Positions 33,552 to 42,668 of a stretch of 47,667 bases of DNA are shown here, in pieces. The notes under the pieces were generated by a model, which saw only the letters and a program-made list of their open reading frames with translations, was not told the DNA's origin and did no database searches. How positions within the stretch are numbered: the first letter of the stretch is position 1; every line of letters starts with the position of its first letter. Origin of the DNA: a virus (taxonomy: Duplodnaviria; Caudoviricetes); the IMG/VR virus record IMGVR_UViG_3300049166_000010, positions 1 to 47,667 of that record. One strand, given 5' to 3'. The translations under genes were made by a program, and so were the position numbers.

Positions 33552-35809
33552 TGGCCCAGATCCCGGCGTATCAGCCGAACGTCAGCGAACGTCCTACACT
33601 CCAGTCTAACATTACCGTCCGCGCCTCGCCTGAGGATATGGGTGCCGGTATTGGCCGGGGCCTGCAACAGCTCGGGCAGGGTGCGCAGCAAGCGTCGAAC
33701 GCCATGGCGGAACTGCGGGCGCTTGAAGACCAGATGCGAGCCAAGGAGGCAGACAACGCGTTTGCCGCCTGGAACCGCGAGGCACAGTACGGAGAAGGCG
33801 GCTATATGACCTTGCAAGGTCAGGCCGCGATCGAGGCGCGTGATGGATATGAGCGAACCCTAGTTGAGAAGCGCCGTGAGTTTGGTGCAGGACTGACTGG
33901 TGGCGCTGCCCAGATGTATGGGCAAGCGTCACAGGCTCGCGTGAACTCGACGCTGGACAGTTCGATCGTTCATGCTGCCAATGAGCGTAAGACCTGGTTT
34001 AACGACGCGGCGAACGCTCGGCTCGACACCTTCGCTGAGGATGCCTTGGCGGCATGGAATAACCCCGGCAAGGTGGCGACGAACATCGCTGCCGGTCAGG
34101 CCGAGCTGCGTCAACAGGGCGCGATGCTTGGCTGGGATGCCGACACGCTCAAGAACCGTGAAGCGCAGTATATCTCGGACGTGCGCAAGAACGTGGCTCT
34201 GCGCCATATGTCGGACGATCCGATTGCGGCAAAGGCATACATCGATGCGAACCGTTCGCAGCTTACCGGGCAAGCTCAATTCGAGCTGGATGAGGCACTT
34301 GAAGTTCCATTGGCAAATGCTGAGGGCCTGAAACACGCGCAGGAGTTCATGGGCGCAAGCACTCGCGAGTATCCCGCCGCTGCCGTTGAGAACGGAGGTC
34401 AGGGTCCGACCAATGCTCGGGCGTTCCTGATGGATCGCCTAGTCACGAAGGGCCGCAATGAGGACATCGACGGGCTCGACGGATCGTTCACGAATAATCT
34501 GGCCGCGTTGATGCAGGATGCTCCGTTCGATGGCTTGGGCGTGCTGTCTGGCGCTCGATCGGTGGAGCGTCAGCAAGTGCTGTGGGATGAAGCCCTGCGC
34601 AAGTATGGATCACCTGAGGCTGCGCGCAAGTGGGTTGCGCCTCCGGGCCGCTCCCAGCACCAGCATGGTCGCGCCGTGGATGTGTCGTACAATGGGCGCT
34701 CGCTGAAACATGCCCCGAAAGAGGTGGTGGATTGGGTGCATTCCAATGCTGGCAAGTACGGCCTGACATTCCCGCTCGCGAACGAGAACTGGCACATCGA
34801 ACCGATCGGCGCTCGCGGTGGCGGAACGGCGGTGGCGAATACTGGCAGAACATCCCCTCGGGCGTCCGCTCCGTCTTGGTCCTCAATGGAACAGTACCTC
34901 CAGGGCATACCTGATCCGCGTGCGCGTGATGTTGCTCGGACCGCGATCACAGCGCAGATGAACGCCAGTGCAAAGGATGCTGAGGCACAGCGTAAGGTCG
35001 TGGCCGAGAAGGCGTTCTCCGAGATGGTGACGCAGAACGTTTCACCGTTTTCCTTTGCGCCTGAGGTACAGGCTGCGCTTGGCATGGAAACCATGTCGTC
35101 GTTGATGAACTATTGGGAGAAGCAAGCGTCGGGCGAGAAGATCGAGACGAACGGCGAGCTTCTGTACCAGATGCAGACTGCCTATGCGACCGATCCCAAG
35201 GCGTTCGGTGAGGTTGATCTGCTCCAGTATCGCGGGCAACTCTCCGATGAGGACTGGAAAACCGTGACGGGCTGGCGTCAGACCGCGCTGACCGATCAGC
35301 GTAAGGCCAGCGAGGAAGGTCTGACTCTGTCGTCGGCGTTCTCTGGTGCCCAGACAGCGCTTGAGGCTGCTGGAATTACCACTGTTGGCAAGGATGGTGA
35401 TGACCGCACGGCTGCGGCCAAGCAGATCGCGCAGTTCCAGAACGTGCTGACGCAGCAGATCGCTCAGTTCCGCGCCGAGAACGAACGGGCGCCGAACGAC
35501 ATCGAGATCCAGTCGATCACGAACCGCCTGCTGTTGCCGGTGGTTATCAAGCCGACGAACGTCGATGACGGCCTGTTCGGAAATCACTTCTTCGGCGTGG
35601 GTCTGCCCCAGCCTAAAGAGGGCTTCTTGTTCGAGGCGCCGCAGCGTCCAGATGGATCGATTGTCGAAGTCGCTGTGAAGTATGAGGACATTCCATACGA
35701 CCTGCGCGAGACAGTGCGATCCTCGCTCGAAACCGAACTAGGCCGCGCACCGACTGAGGAAGAAATCGTGTCAGAGTACGAAACGTTTTTCCTTGGCTTA
35801 GACAAATAG
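33551..35809 (+). CDS. Ejection protein (gp15-like) with peptidase M15 domain
   Basis: SGARSVERQ, VAPPGRSQHQHGRAVD, ENWHIE. Confidence 0.85.
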   Translation: MAQIPAYQPNVSERPTLQSNITVRASPEDMGAGIGRGLQQLGQGAQQASNAMAELRALEDQMRAKEADNAFAAWNREAQYGEGGYMTLQGQAAIEARDGYERTLVEKRREFGAGLTGGAAQMYGQASQARVNSTLDSSIVHAANERKTWFNDAANARLDTFAEDALAAWNNPGKVATNIAAGQAELRQQGAMLGWDADTLKNREAQYISDVRKNVALRHMSDDPIAAKAYIDANRSQLTGQAQFELDEALEVPLANAEGLKHAQEFMGASTREYPAAAVENGGQGPTNARAFLMDRLVTKGRNEDIDGLDGSFTNNLAALMQDAPFDGLGVLSGARSVERQQVLWDEALRKYGSPEAARKWVAPPGRSQHQHGRAVDVSYNGRSLKHAPKEVVDWVHSNAGKYGLTFPLANENWHIEPIGARGGGTAVANTGRTSPRASAPSWSSMEQYLQGIPDPRARDVARTAITAQMNASAKDAEAQRKVVAEKAFSEMVTQNVSPFSFAPEVQAALGMETMSSLMNYWEKQASGEKIETNGELLYQMQTAYATDPKAFGEVDLLQYRGQLSDEDWKTVTGWRQTALTDQRKASEEGLTLSSAFSGAQTALEAAGITTVGKDGDDRTAAAKQIAQFQNVLTQQIAQFRAENERAPNDIEIQSITNRLLLPVVIKPTNVDDGLFGNHFFGVGLPQPKEGFLFEAPQRPDGSIVEVAVKYEDIPYDLRETVRSSLETELGRAPTEEEIVSEYETFFLGLDK

Positions 35810-35911
35810 TGACGCGATCCAGGCGAGCGCCGATAGCGCGATAATCGGCGCGACCGCGTACATGAATATCATCTTGCCAGCCATAGCGGCTCCGCTGGGC
35901 TTTTTCGTCAT
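35798..35911 (-). CDS. Antisense 37-aa single-TM protein (absent from ORF track)
   Basis: GGAGG RBS; MTKKPSGAAMAGKMIFMYAVAPIIALSALAWIASLFV. Confidence 0.6.
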   Translation of the reverse strand: MTKKPSGAAMAGKMIFMYAVAPIIALSALAWIASLFV

Positions 35912-35970
35912 GCGTCCCTCCAAACCATCTCTGTCGATACTGCCGGCAAATCCAAAATGGGGAATGCCCG

Positions 35971-38900
35971 GTGCCAACGGTCGCGGAATATGCAGCGTGG
36001 AAGGCTAAGCAGCAACAGGCGAACGTTGGAAAGGCCGGCATAGTTCTCGGGCAGGATTGGCCGCAGGAACCCGACCAGTTCGCGGCTGACTTGAACTTCG
36101 CCAAGGAAGCGACTGCCGCCGTTGGCAATCCCGTTCCGCTGCCGATGGTACAGGACCCAAGCACGCGCTCTGTTTTTGAACGGATCGTGCAGGAGAAGAA
36201 GCAGTCAACGATCCTGACGCAATCGCCAAAGCTGGCCGACTGGTTGCGGGTCCCGACGAATGCAGCACTGGCGCGAGACGATCTTGAGGGTCTGTCCTGG
36301 TGGGAAACCACAACCGGCGCGGCGTCGAATGCGGTCCAACGTGGCGTCACTCGCTTGCCGCAGATGTACAATCAGTGGATGGCCGAAGGTGCTGCACAGC
36401 GCGCGCAGGATGCTGATAAGTCGTTCGGTGAACTCTACGGGCAGGAACGCGCAACGGTCGGCGTCGAGGGCAAGCTGATCGATACGGCTGTCGGGCCGAT
36501 TACTGATGCTTGGACTGCCGGCTCGCGGTTCTTGACGGCTCGGCTGTCGGCGGCATTCGGTGGCGATCAGCAGGCAGCGGCGGCATACTACCAGCAGCAG
36601 GCCGGCGAGATCGGCAAGCAGATCGCAGCGATCCCGATGTCCCCCGCTGCGACTGCGGTGCGCGACCAGATCGCGGGTCTGGAACCGACCGGCGATGTCA
36701 TGGCTGACGTGGGGAATTTTCTCCGGGTCATGGGTTCCGATCCTGCCGGGTTCACGGCGTTCCTGACTGAAACCGCTGTCGAGACTGCGCCATCACTGGC
36801 AGCGGCGTTCGGCGTCGGCGTGGCTACCCGGAACCCTGCGGCTGTGGCGATGACGCTCGGCGGCACCTCTGGCCTCCAGGAACGCTTCACGGCTCCGACT
36901 GAATTTCTCCAGGAGCGCGGGATCGACATCTCCACTCCCGAAGGTGCCATGGCTGCGGTTAGTGACCCGGCCTTGATGCGCGAGGCTGCTGAGCGTGGCG
37001 AAATTCGCGGCCTGATCATCGGTGCGCTTGATACCATCAGCGGCGGCGTGGCCGGCGAAACACTGGCTCGATCGCCCATCCTGAACCTGGTGCTGCAATC
37101 GGTGGTGCAGGCTGGATTTGGCGGTGGGGGTGAAGCCGCTGCGCAGGTCGCCTCAGGGCAGGAACTGAACGTCTCGGACGTGCTGATCGAGGCTATGGCC
37201 GAATTCGTGACCGCGCCTCTCGATGTCGCCTCGGTAGCTGCTGCTCGGTTCGCTGAGGGCACACGCAAGTCAGAGGCGGCTGAGGGCACGGTTCAGGCGC
37301 TGACTGACATCTCCACGGCTGCGGCTGGCTCTGTCACCCGCACGCGCTCGCCCGATGTGTTCCGTGACTTCATCGCCAATGTGACCGCCAACGGTGGCCG
37401 CGAGAACCTGTTCGTTCCGGCTGATCAGTTCGTGCAGTACTTCCAGGGTGCCGGGATCGATCCGTTCGAGCTTGCCGATCAGTTGGCGGGCATGGACGCT
37501 GATGATCTGCGCACGGCCATGGAAACGGGTGGCTCGGTGAAAATCCCGACCGCGACCTGGGCCGCTGATATGGCCGGGTCAGACCACGACCAGTTCGTAA
37601 TCCAGAACTCCGCGTTTTCGCCCGACGATATGACGGGCACGCAGGCGGCAGAGTTCGAGGCCATGAAATCCGACCTGCTCGCTGAGGCATGGGAGGAAGC
37701 TGAGGCGGTACGGCAGGAGGCCGAAAGTCTCCGCGCGATATACGATCAGGAGCGGGACCAGGTTATAGGCGCTCTGCGTGGTGCTGGCCGTGCCACTGAC
37801 GTTGCGACACAGGAAGCCCTGCCGTTGGTGGCGTTCCGGCGCACGATGGCCGAACGCATGGGCCTGACGCCTGAGGAATTTGCCAGCCGGTATCCGCTGC
37901 CTGAGGTGCGCGGCGAGCGTCCTGAGGGGCTGAACCCTCGGAATGTGGATGAGCTGACCCGCACGCTGGCTGAGGCTCGGGCGCGGCGCTCGGTGGGACT
38001 GGAAACCCGCAAGACGCCGCTGCTCGAATATATCGCTGAGCGCGGCGGGATCGATGATCCTGGCGGCGAACTGGCAGCGCGTGATGCTGCGGTCGTGAAG
38101 CGGCGCGGCAAGAAAACGTTGAAGCTGGCGCGCGGCGGCGTGGGCGCTGCGGTTGCTGATATGCTCGGCGGTTCGGCTGATCGCGGGCTGGATACGACTG
38201 CTCGAGCCGCTGTTGAAAGCGGGTTCATGGCTGACGATCCTGATGTTCTCGCATGGCAGGAAGCGCAGCGGAGCGGAACTGAGGCGCCTGATCTGTCGGC
38301 GGCGTTGCTGCGGGCGATCGAGGCTGAGTTGCGCGGTGACGTGGAACCGGCTGTCGATGAACTCGGCGGGATCGAGGAATACCTGTCGGGGCTCGGTGTG
38401 TCGTTGGAGGACAGCGATGATGCGATCCGGGCAGCGATCGAGGGGGATGGCGAGGGTAGGGCGTATGGGCAAGCCGATGCAGGGTTCGGTATGGGCGGCG
38501 GCGCACGCGGCTCGATCCAGTTCCCCGGCGCGGGCGTCAGTAACGGCCAGACCATCATCAGTCTGTTCCAGTCGGCAGACCTCAGCACGTTCCTCCACGA
38601 AACCGGCCATTACTTCCTGACGGTGACGCAGGATCTGGCCCGCCTAGATCCATCCTCGACTGCGGCAACCGAACTCCAGACCGTCAAGGACTGGTGGTAT
38701 CAGAACGCCGATGCAGTCGCCAAGGACGCTGGTAATGGCGTGACTGCTGATGACGTGCGGCTGGCTCTTGACGCTGGCACGACCGGCGATGCGGCCCGTG
38801 ATCAGGCCATCGATACCGGCATGCAGGAGCAGTTTGCCCGCGCAATCGAAACGTACTTCATGGAAGGCAAAGCCCCATCGGTAGAACTCCGCAGCGCGTT

Positions 38901-41900
38901 CGAGCGGTTCTCGGCGTGGCTGTTGTCGATCTACAAGAATTTGCGCGGGCTGAACGTCCAGGTCACCGACGAACTGCGCGGTGTGTTTGATCGGCTGCTG
39001 GCAACGGACACCGAGATCCAAGCAGCCCAGACTGATATCGGCGCGGACGTGAACCTGACCGCTGACGATCTAGGCATGACGCCAGAACAGTTCGAGGGGT
39101 TCATTAAACTCCGCGATCAGGCGCACGATGAGGCTAAGGCGCGAACGCTGAACGAGGCGATGAAGCCGATCCGCCGTGCTGCGACCAAGGCATACAAGGC
39201 TGAGCGCGCCAAGGTTCTCGAACGGATCACGTCAGAAACCAAGCAGCAGCCGGTGTATCGCGCAATTCAGCAGCTTCGGTTCGGCAAGGACTTCGAAGGC
39301 AATGATGTCGAGCCGCTGAAACTGAACCGCGCGATGATCGAAAAGGATTATGGCGCGGGGTATATTCCGTTCCTGCCGGGTGCAACCAAGGACGGTTCAG
39401 GCCATCGCAATGCTGTGTTCTCGACCGCGGGCGGCGTGCATCCCGATATTGCTGCCGGCGCCTATGGGTTCCCATCTGGCCGGGACATGCTCGATGCCAT
39501 GTCCAAAGCCCAGCCAATGGATGCGGTGATCGAGGCTGAGACCAACAAAGAAATGGAGTTCCGCCACAACGATCCGTTGAAAGATGGGTCGATCCAGCAA
39601 GAAGCCATGGACGCCGTGCACAACGATGTGCAGGGGCGTGTGCTGGCGGCTCGCCTGGAGGCGTTCAACGACATCGCTGGCACTGATCGCGGGCTAACCC
39701 ACAAAGCCGCCAGAGAGGCTGCGAGGCGGTCACTGCGCGGCATGTCCGTCAAGGATGCGACCCGCGCCGATCGGTTCCTCGCGGCTGAACGCAAGGCTGC
39801 GGCTGAGGTCGCCAAGCTGACAGGCTCGGTGACGCGAACTGGAATGTGGATGGATGCGGCCCGGAGGCGTGTCGAGAAGCAGGCGCGTGGCGCTGTCCGT
39901 GAGGGTGATGGCAACGCGGCTCTGTCGCTGGTTCCCAAGGTCAACGCGGCGAACCAGAACACTCAGCGGTACAACGAACAAGCTGCTGCACTGGTCGAGG
40001 CCAGCCGGCGTCAACTGCTGAACCATATGCTGTATGCCGAGGCGCGCAAGGTTGCCGCCGAAACCGATCAGGTGATTAAGCGTGTTTCGATGCTGCGCAA
40101 GGCAAAGGCGCGGCTGTCGAAAACGCGGGACATCAACTTCGTGCTGGCCGCCCGCGCCGTCGCTGCCAAGTTTGGCATGACACGGGCTGACAGTCAGTTC
40201 GACTTCAATGCCTGGCTGGAACAACTGAGGTTCGATGATCCGGTGACGGCTGCGGCTATGGTGACGACGATCGACACCTATACGCAGGAGGCTAAGCCCT
40301 ACCGTGACCTGACCGTTGCTGAGTTCGGAGCGGTCAAGGACGCCATCGAGAGCCTGATGACCCTGGCTCGCACAACGCGCGCTCTGGAGATCGAGGGGCA
40401 GGCGGTGGATCGCCGTGCTGCCATTGATGCCATGATCGCCGTGGCCGAACCGCGTGCCAAAACCCGCGCAGGAACCGATGCGGCCCCAACCAAGCGCGAG
40501 AAAACCTGGCTCGGTGCCTTGACCACTGGCGCGGCCCTGGTCCGCACTGAGGCGTGGGCGCGTGACATGGATGACGGCAAGGTCGGCGTGTTCAATCGGT
40601 ACATCGTCAAGCCTGTGATGGATGCGCTTGGGAAATATCGCGCTGATCGTACCGTGCGTCTCGATGAACTGCTGGCAATCGTTGAGCCTCGCCGTGGCGA
40701 ACTGCTGGGCAAGGCAGTGAACGCGCCTGAGCTTGGCTACACGTTCGAGAACAAAGGCGCCCTGCTTCATGCGATCCTGCATTCCGGCAGCGAAAGCGGC
40801 AAGCGCAAGCTCCTGATGGGGCGTGGCTGGTCGGCTGGCATGATCGGGCAGAAACCGGCGCTCACCAAGTCGGGCAAGCCCCGCGTTGATCGGCAGGGCA
40901 ACCCGATCATGGACAAGGGTACGCTGGACACTTCCCGCTGGGATGCCATGATCGAGCGGCTGATTGCCGATGGCACGATCACGGCTGACGACAAGCGCAT
41001 GGTCGAACAGATCTGGGGCATGATGGACAGCCTCAAGCGCCCTGCGCAGTCGGCTCACAAAAAGATCTACGGACATTACTTCGGTGAGGTCGAGGCCGCG
41101 CCGTTCACGAACTCTCTGGGCACCTGGCGCGGCGGGTACGTGCCCGCGATCATCGATCAGTATGCCTCGGTGGATGCCGGAAAGCAGGATGCGGCTGCGG
41201 CTTTGGATAGCCAGATGGACGCCTCGATGTTCCCGTCGACAGGATCGGGGTTCACCAAGGGGCGCGTTGAGTACAATCAGCCGTTGGCGCTGAACCTCCA
41301 ATCACTGCCGGGTCATGTCGACAAGGTTCTCCGGTTTACGCACCTGGAACCGACGATCCGGCAAACATCGTCGCTGCTGTCTGATCGTGGGCTGCGCGAG
41401 GCTCTGTCTAAGGTGAACCGCGATGCGATCGATGCGATCCTGACGCCATGGCTGGTTCGGACTGCGCGCCAGGCTGTTGAGGCGCCATCGACATCGGCGT
41501 CTGGCCGGCAGTTCAGCAAGGTCATGCGGACGATCCGCAAGCGCGTGGGCCTGCACATGATGGCGATCAATATCGTCAACGCTGCGCAGCAGGTGACGGG
41601 CATTCCCTCGGCGGCTGTGCTGGTGAAGGTCAAACACCTCAAGGGCGCGACGGTGCGGTTCGTCAAGGATGGCTCAGCGATGCGAACTGAGGCCGTCGAG
41701 GCTTCGGCCATGATGCGCGACCGCATGGATAATTCGAGCCGCGTGACCGCCATGGAAATCGACAAGATCATTGTCGAGCCGACGATTGCCGCTGAGGTCG
41801 ATCGGTTCGTGAACCAGCATGGCTATATTTTGCAGCAGGGCACACAGAACTTTGTCGACCTGATCGTCTGGCACGCTGGATATGACCAGGCCATTTCGCA

Positions 41901-42612
41901 AGGGCTGTCGGACACCGACGCCGTGTTCGAGGCTGACAGTATCGTGCGCCGTACCCAGGGTTCGTTCAATCCCGAGGACGTGTCGAACTTCGAAACAGGC
42001 ACGGCATTCCAGCGTGTGTTTACGATGTTCACTTCGTATTTCAACACGCAGCTAAACCTGCTTGGTGGCGAGGCGGTGACCACGATCCGCACCATGGGCT
42101 GGGCTGGCAAGTCGAGGCTGTTTCACCTGTACTTCTTCGGCATAATGATCCCGGCTGTGGTGGCTGAGGCCATATCACTGGCCGCGCGCGGTGAGCTTGG
42201 TGATGAGGACGATGACGGGCTGACCGACGATATGCTCGAACTGTTCCTGGGGTCGCAGGTGAAGTTCCTGGCCGGTGCGGTTCCGGGTATTGGACCGCTG
42301 ACTATAGCTGCGATCAACAAGTTCAACGACCAGCCGTTCGATGACAAACTATCCATCTCGCCGGCGAACTATCTGCTGGAGCGTGCGGCGGGTGCTGGCG
42401 GGTCTGTCTATGGCGCGGCAACGGGAAGCGGGTCGCCGTCTCGGGCGCTGGCTGACGGGATCACGGCGCTCGGTCTGGTGCTGGGTGTGCCTACCGGGCA
42501 GCTCGCCAAATCTGCCGGCTATCTGGCTGGCGTGGCTGAGGGCAAGTCCGAACCTCAGAACGTGGGCGATGTGCTGCGCGGCGTCACCTCGGGGCGTGAC
42601 GGAACGGAGTAA
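35971..42612 (+). CDS. Large ejection/internal virion protein (gp16-like, 2213 aa) with HExxH motif
   Basis: Size and position; ADLSTFLHETGHYFL...EQFARAIETYFMEGKAPS. Confidence 0.88.
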   Translation: MPTVAEYAAWKAKQQQANVGKAGIVLGQDWPQEPDQFAADLNFAKEATAAVGNPVPLPMVQDPSTRSVFERIVQEKKQSTILTQSPKLADWLRVPTNAALARDDLEGLSWWETTTGAASNAVQRGVTRLPQMYNQWMAEGAAQRAQDADKSFGELYGQERATVGVEGKLIDTAVGPITDAWTAGSRFLTARLSAAFGGDQQAAAAYYQQQAGEIGKQIAAIPMSPAATAVRDQIAGLEPTGDVMADVGNFLRVMGSDPAGFTAFLTETAVETAPSLAAAFGVGVATRNPAAVAMTLGGTSGLQERFTAPTEFLQERGIDISTPEGAMAAVSDPALMREAAERGEIRGLIIGALDTISGGVAGETLARSPILNLVLQSVVQAGFGGGGEAAAQVASGQELNVSDVLIEAMAEFVTAPLDVASVAAARFAEGTRKSEAAEGTVQALTDISTAAAGSVTRTRSPDVFRDFIANVTANGGRENLFVPADQFVQYFQGAGIDPFELADQLAGMDADDLRTAMETGGSVKIPTATWAADMAGSDHDQFVIQNSAFSPDDMTGTQAAEFEAMKSDLLAEAWEEAEAVRQEAESLRAIYDQERDQVIGALRGAGRATDVATQEALPLVAFRRTMAERMGLTPEEFASRYPLPEVRGERPEGLNPRNVDELTRTLAEARARRSVGLETRKTPLLEYIAERGGIDDPGGELAARDAAVVKRRGKKTLKLARGGVGAAVADMLGGSADRGLDTTARAAVESGFMADDPDVLAWQEAQRSGTEAPDLSAALLRAIEAELRGDVEPAVDELGGIEEYLSGLGVSLEDSDDAIRAAIEGDGEGRAYGQADAGFGMGGGARGSIQFPGAGVSNGQTIISLFQSADLSTFLHETGHYFLTVTQDLARLDPSSTAATELQTVKDWWYQNADAVAKDAGNGVTADDVRLALDAGTTGDAARDQAIDTGMQEQFARAIETYFMEGKAPSVELRSAFERFSAWLLSIYKNLRGLNVQVTDELRGVFDRLLATDTEIQAAQTDIGADVNLTADDLGMTPEQFEGFIKLRDQAHDEAKARTLNEAMKPIRRAATKAYKAERAKVLERITSETKQQPVYRAIQQLRFGKDFEGNDVEPLKLNRAMIEKDYGAGYIPFLPGATKDGSGHRNAVFSTAGGVHPDIAAGAYGFPSGRDMLDAMSKAQPMDAVIEAETNKEMEFRHNDPLKDGSIQQEAMDAVHNDVQGRVLAARLEAFNDIAGTDRGLTHKAAREAARRSLRGMSVKDATRADRFLAAERKAAAEVAKLTGSVTRTGMWMDAARRRVEKQARGAVREGDGNAALSLVPKVNAANQNTQRYNEQAAALVEASRRQLLNHMLYAEARKVAAETDQVIKRVSMLRKAKARLSKTRDINFVLAARAVAAKFGMTRADSQFDFNAWLEQLRFDDPVTAAAMVTTIDTYTQEAKPYRDLTVAEFGAVKDAIESLMTLARTTRALEIEGQAVDRRAAIDAMIAVAEPRAKTRAGTDAAPTKREKTWLGALTTGAALVRTEAWARDMDDGKVGVFNRYIVKPVMDALGKYRADRTVRLDELLAIVEPRRGELLGKAVNAPELGYTFENKGALLHAILHSGSESGKRKLLMGRGWSAGMIGQKPALTKSGKPRVDRQGNPIMDKGTLDTSRWDAMIERLIADGTITADDKRMVEQIWGMMDSLKRPAQSAHKKIYGHYFGEVEAAPFTNSLGTWRGGYVPAIIDQYASVDAGKQDAAAALDSQMDASMFPSTGSGFTKGRVEYNQPLALNLQSLPGHVDKVLRFTHLEPTIRQTSSLLSDRGLREALSKVNRDAIDAILTPWLVRTARQAVEAPSTSASGRQFSKVMRTIRKRVGLHMMAINIVNAAQQVTGIPSAAVLVKVKHLKGATVRFVKDGSAMRTEAVEASAMMRDRMDNSSRVTAMEIDKIIVEPTIAAEVDRFVNQHGYILQQGTQNFVDLIVWHAGYDQAISQGLSDTDAVFEADSIVRRTQGSFNPEDVSNFETGTAFQRVFTMFTSYFNTQLNLLGGEAVTTIRTMGWAGKSRLFHLYFFGIMIPAVVAEAISLAARGELGDEDDDGLTDDMLELFLGSQVKFLAGAVPGIGPLTIAAINKFNDQPFDDKLSISPANYLLERAAGAGGSVYGAATGSGSPSRALADGITALGLVLGVPTGQLAKSAGYLAGVAEGKSEPQNVGDVLRGVTSGRDGTE

Positions 42613-42667
42613 TACGGGTCCCCAAACCATCGACCCGTAGCGTGCCCGCAAACCATTGAGGGCACGC
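42613..42667 (+). promoter_or_regulatory. Tandem hairpins, each with CAAACCAT in the loop; the second covers the tail-spike RBS
   Basis: TACGGGTC/GACCCGTA and GCGTGCCC/GGGCACGC perfect 8-bp stems. Confidence 0.8.
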
Positions 42668-42668
42668 G

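Noticed and set aside
39730-41301. Long antisense ORFs (523 aa here; also 37579-38610, 21032-21832, 22517-23314)
   Set aside because: Shadow frames of GC-rich genes with no motifs or RBS
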